Shown in pieces: positions 1-64,000 of a DNA stretch of 64,000 nucleotides. The notes under the pieces are model-generated. The model ran no database searches and had not been told where the DNA came from. It was given only the letters and a program-made list of their open reading frames with translations. The translations under genes were made by a program, and so were the position numbers. The DNA is from Paraspadella gotoi (taxonomy: Eukaryota; Animalia; Chaetognatha), in assembly GCA_051294375.1 (NCBI GenBank), contig CM119263.1, positions 26,125,947-26,189,946 of the forward strand, in the 5' to 3' direction. The first letter of the stretch is position 1. Every line of letters starts with the position of its first letter.

Positions 1-972
1 CATGTTTGGAAGGCATTTTAAGAATGTTTTTAACACATTTTAATCAATAATTCGGGAATTTTAAAAACGTCAATGATTTTTATATCAAATAGTATCAAAA
101 TTTTTTGTAATGATTGTTTTTTTTTTTATTTTTACTTCGTGTCAGTGGATTTGACTCACGGGGTCAAAGATCAAAAGACAAGGAAAAATAAGGAGAAAAG
201 AAAGAAAAGGAGAAAAGAAAGAAAAAACCTTCATTATGTATGACAGTAATGATGCCCTAACCTATTCCGTATTCGATTTCGCCATAAAATCCCTAATTCC
301 CTACACGCATTTTTCTCCCTTTGGTCCCGATCGATTTCGAATACCCTGATCAAATTCGCCACCACGGTTTATGGGTGCAAAGAAGAGAATTTAGAGGAGG
401 ATCTAGGTTGTGCCCCCTCGATGGATTAAGATCGGCGACCTGAGAAATTGAGCACGGAGGCGACCAAAAAAATCTCGTCAAACCGGCTCTGGTTTTCTTC
501 GCTTTAAATATTTCTTTATTTTTTTGAGGAAAATAGTAAAAACTAAGGAAGAATTAAGATATTTCGGAAGAAATTGCTCTCTCGACAGAAAGAAGTTGAG
601 CTACTTTGGGTAGTATATTCTAAATATATTCTGAATTTAAGGGGATTGGTAGAGGAGAAAGGTTATAAATACTGTAAATTTGCTGACTAGTAAAGACGCA
701 TAAGAAATCAATCATTAGAAAGCGTGTTTAAAAAACTGTTTATTTTAGTTTCATGTTTATGAAAATGGTACAACCAATATAAAAATTATCCATTTATTTA
801 AAAAATAAGCTATCTTCCCCTTGACTTTTGACAGGCTTTGGTGGTTTAAGGCCTCCATCACTCTTACAAGATAATAACAAAGCAGGTCCCTGCAAGCTTT
901 CATTCAAGACTGTCCCACAGGCTCGTTTATTCACTCACAGAGTTCCTTTCTTCCCTATCAATTAAGTGGTAT

Positions 973-1189
973 TATGGCAACAGCCGGGTTGCCTGTGATG
1001 CCCATTGGGATGGGGCATCTCACTGTTGGCTTTGGGGGATTCCGAACTTCAGTGACGCCTCCAGTCACTGGCGCAGAGGGAAGTCGTTAGGATGGATGGA
1101 ACACAACGCCTGGGAGGGTGTTTACCCTCCGAGCCAATGGTATTGGCTGAACGATGGTGGACGTGAAGCGGTGTGAATATACCGCCAAA
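973..1189 (-). mobile_element. Family B solo LTR with the twister core deleted
   Basis: Perfect TSD gtat (969-972 and 1190-1193); an empty-site copy of the flanking repeat lies at about 50898-50998. Confidence 0.85.
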
Positions 1190-2304
1190 GTATAATATTT
1201 CAAAGATTACTATATTGTACTCCGCCCAGGCATCTAAATGTATATAAGAGCACTTGTTATTAAACCAATGAATCAGATAAAAACGCATAGAAACGAGAAA
1301 CAACTCTAGAGCAACCACCCTCTACATGGCCAACATTCCAACTCCTATCAATCAACGAACAAAAATTGAATTCGAATTTTCGAATGCTCGAGATTTGGAA
1401 AAACTTCTTGTGACGAAACTCCTTCGCTCGCCCTCAAAAAAATCAAGAATGAACTTTCCCTCTCAAAGATTCGCGTTTAAGTAGTTTCCAAATTTAGAAC
1501 GCCGCCTCCGCGGTTACTAACGTCGTCTTCATCGTCGTTGTCGGCGTCATTGATCGACCGCGGGGCCTCTAGATATCCTGGATCGATCAAACCGGCGAAA
1601 CCAGTTTTTTTTTTTTTTTGTTTTTAATTCGTTGTAGAATTGGAAAATTATTTTATTTTCGTCTCGAAGTGAAGGGCGTTAACCGAAATTGGCCAGGCGT
1701 GACGCAAGACGCTTTCGTAGGTGGCGCGCGTCATCGGCGGTTGAGTTGAGATGATGTTTAGTTAATATTTAGTTAATATTTCAGTTATCTATCAATCGTG
1801 TCAGTTTTCCGTACTAACGTACGCAGTCAGTGATCATAACTATCAGAGATTTCGAATTGACAAAATTACTCTCCCTTCCACCCACCCCCTTTCTCTCTCT
1901 CTTTTTTCTATTTCTATATATTTCCGGAATTCTGGAATTCCAGTTTAGAAATAATTGCCAACATGAAACGTCAAATAACTCGGTACCAATAACCTCGTAT
2001 ATGAAAATCACAGAAGTTTTACATACAATTTACATTTTCTAACAGTTTTTAAATTATAACACACATGACTCAAATAAAAAAAAATAACCAGTGGATTCTG
2101 TTTAATAACCCGAAAAAATTTAAAATACGAGGAAAGTTTAAAATTGTTGCGGAAAAAATATTCTCATTGCAAAACTATTCATTTCATTACTTTCTCCACC
2201 GACCCAGCTTTTATGACTCGTCGCAGTTTAACAACGCGCTCTCTCACTCTCTCACTCTCTCACTCTCTCTCTCTCTCTCTTTCTTTTTCTCTCTCCCAGC
2301 CCCT

Positions 2305-61698
<59,394 letters not shown>

Positions 61699-62393
61699 CT
61701 TGAGAAAGGTGAGTTATGTACAGTCCTGTGCAAAAAAAAAAAACAAAAAAAAAACGCGCTACTTTAGAACTTTAAATTCCAGACACACTATAAAGACATT
61801 TTTAAAAATTAGATTAAAAAAAAATTGTTAAAAAAGGATTCAATGTAACTAAATTTTATTACAATTGGTCAAATGGTTTAGGAGATATGATTTTAATTTT
61901 AAACTAGAGTGTTCCAAAACTACCCATGAGCCAAATCCGATGATACGAAAGAAACCACTGCCGTACTTTACTGAGTTGAGATAGCCTTACTAAGATTTTT
62001 TTAAATGATAAATAGCTATCTGACGTTTTTTGTGTATAAATTTTATTTCAATCAATTATCATTAACAACTTCAAATCTATTTTCTCACAAGGATAGTAAA
62101 ATCGCTAAATTGTCGGCGAATCATATTTGTTAAAAATTGATTGCAATGAACAATTTTGTATTAAGTTTTTAAGGCAGTGTTACAGATATATTGGGTTTTT
62201 TTGCCTTCTATAAACCTTTTAGTTTCTGAATGAATGATGCTCCAGCCTTTATTCAAATAATTCTTAGCTGCGCTATTAATAATAATATAAATAATAATAA
62301 ATAATAATAATATGGTGTATAAACTATCAATTTCGTTGCGTTTTGAATTTAGGAGAAAAACAATTTGTTTTTAACAACGAATTGTATTATTTG

Positions 62394-62439
62394 GTAATAC
62401 ATGTTTCGACTCTTGAGTTTTAGAGTCTTCATCAGTTAT
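62394..62439 (-). ncRNA. Minimal type I hammerhead ribozyme
   Basis: Reverse complement of 63717-63762. Confidence 0.8.
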
Positions 62440-62474
62440 GACGATCAATATTTTTTACTCTTTAACATTAGGTT

Positions 62475-62505
<31 letters not shown>

Positions 62506-62607
62506 AAAAGAGGGAGTTTCCAACAAAGAATTGAGCAAAGGACAGTGGTCAGATATGAGGACAGGTGAAGGTAAGATCAGGGGAAGAAGTAAGTTGGGTG
62601 AAATTTG

Positions 62608-62654
<47 letters not shown>

Positions 62655-63493
62655 GGTAAGAGAAAATCTTTACATTTTTGTAATGTATAACAATGATAGA
62701 GAAAATAACAAACTTAAGAGTTAAATAATAGTAACATTGTAAAATAAATTAATGAGTTAAAGAAGTTGAAATTGAAATAGAAGAATAAGTGATGAGGGAT
62801 AGGTAAGTAAAGAGTTAGTGAAATTAAGTGAGAGAAAGAGCTCAAAATGAGCTGGCCCCCCCCGGGTGGGCAAAGGTGGGACGTTTGCGATAGGCTCGGG
62901 TCATTGGCTTGTCATGGGCTGAGAAGATATGACTTGTGGAGTGTGACATTTCGGGACCTGGTAGTGATCTCCTGGGAAAATGCCTAACGCCACTCGAATA
63001 TCTCTCTGGCCTGATAGGCCTGCCGACGGCCCTCTTCTCACCTGACGGTGAGGTGGGCGATTGCCTGTTTCTTGCCTGCTTTGGTGCAGGAGATACAGAC
63101 TCCTCTCCCTCCTCCTGTAGCCGTCGTTTTGGACGACGCCCAGTGTGAGAAAGAGTCATGCCAGGAGGATCACTACCTGGTCCCGAAATGTCACACTCCA
63201 CAGTCATATCTTCTCAGCCCATGACAAGCCAATGACCCGAGCCTATCGCAAACGTCCCACCTTTGCCCACCCGGGGGGGGCCAGCTCATTTTGAGTCTTC
63301 TCTCTCTCAACTTAATTTCACTAACTCTTTACTTACCTATCCCTCATCACTTATTCTTCTATTTCAATTTCAACTTCTTTAACTCATTAATTTATTTTAC
63401 AATGTTACTATTAGTTTAACTCTTAAGTTTGTTATTTTTTCTCTATCATTGTATACATTACAAAAATGTAAAGATTTTCTCTTACCCTGTCTG

Positions 63494-63528
<35 letters not shown>

Positions 63529-63634
63529 ATTTCAAATTTCACCAACTTTACTTCTTCCCCTGATCTTACCTTCACCTGTCCTCATATCTGACACTGTCCT
63601 TTGCTCAATTCTTTGTTGGAAACCTCCCTCTTTT

Positions 63635-63682
<48 letters not shown>

Positions 63683-63716
63683 CCTAATGTTAAAGACTTA
63701 AAAAAATATTGATTGT

Positions 63717-63762
63717 ATAACTGATGAAGACTCTAAAACTCAAGAGTCGAAACATGTATTAC
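63717..63762 (+). ncRNA. Minimal type I hammerhead ribozyme
   Basis: taa CUGAUGA a gactct..agagtc GAAA cauGUA^ tta; palindromic ACAUGU replaces stem III. Confidence 0.8.
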
Positions 63763-64000
63763 CAATAATTGTTGTTTGTTGTTAAAAACAAATTGTTTTT
63801 CTCCTAAATAATAATAATAATAATTCAAGACTGCTTTTTTGTGCCAAAAGATTATTGGCAAGACAAAGATGGCTATTCACTGCCTATAATTAGCTTGTCC
63901 TATATTAAAAAACTAAAGAAAGAGGAGTGCTTATGGTAAGACAATTTAAAAAATTAGTAGTTTAAGTAGGGGTAGCCGCACTCAATGGGGTGAGTCAAAA

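Larger units (their letters stand above)
62311..63810 (-). mobile_element. Penelope-like element 3' fragment with a long inverted duplication
   Basis: Inverted arms of about 620 bp each with a hammerhead; only the left arm has the 3' tail (caaaacgcaacgaaattgatagttt on -); (TAA)n on both flanks. Confidence 0.8.

Overview
AT-rich animal (invertebrate-like) genomic DNA with N gaps and some noisy, duplicated gap-fill sequence. Almost the whole window is one minus-strand gene: 39 GT-AG exons that splice in frame by hand (2305-61698, about 3,250 codons, 5' end not found). It encodes a MUC4/mucin-like type I membrane protein with two AMOP-VWD(GDPH)-EGF cassettes, a NIDO domain, long cbEGF arrays, a SEA domain, a TM helix and a short tail. 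The introns hold hAT, Tc1/mariner-like and DINE-1/Helentron-like elements plus two classes of ribozyme-bearing retroelements. The main finding is a group of small non-coding LTR elements (PBS, PPT in one family, 4-bp TSDs, TA..CA or TG..TA ends). Their LTRs carry a tRNA-like Pol III cassette followed by a circularly permuted (type-P5) twister ribozyme. Its pseudoknot co-varies in four ways across copies and its P1 stem is reduced to a palindrome, which makes these candidate 'twister LTR retrozymes'. The second class is Penelope-like 3' ends arranged as head-to-head inverted repeats with minimal hammerhead ribozymes. All structures were assigned by eye, with no database search or folding software.
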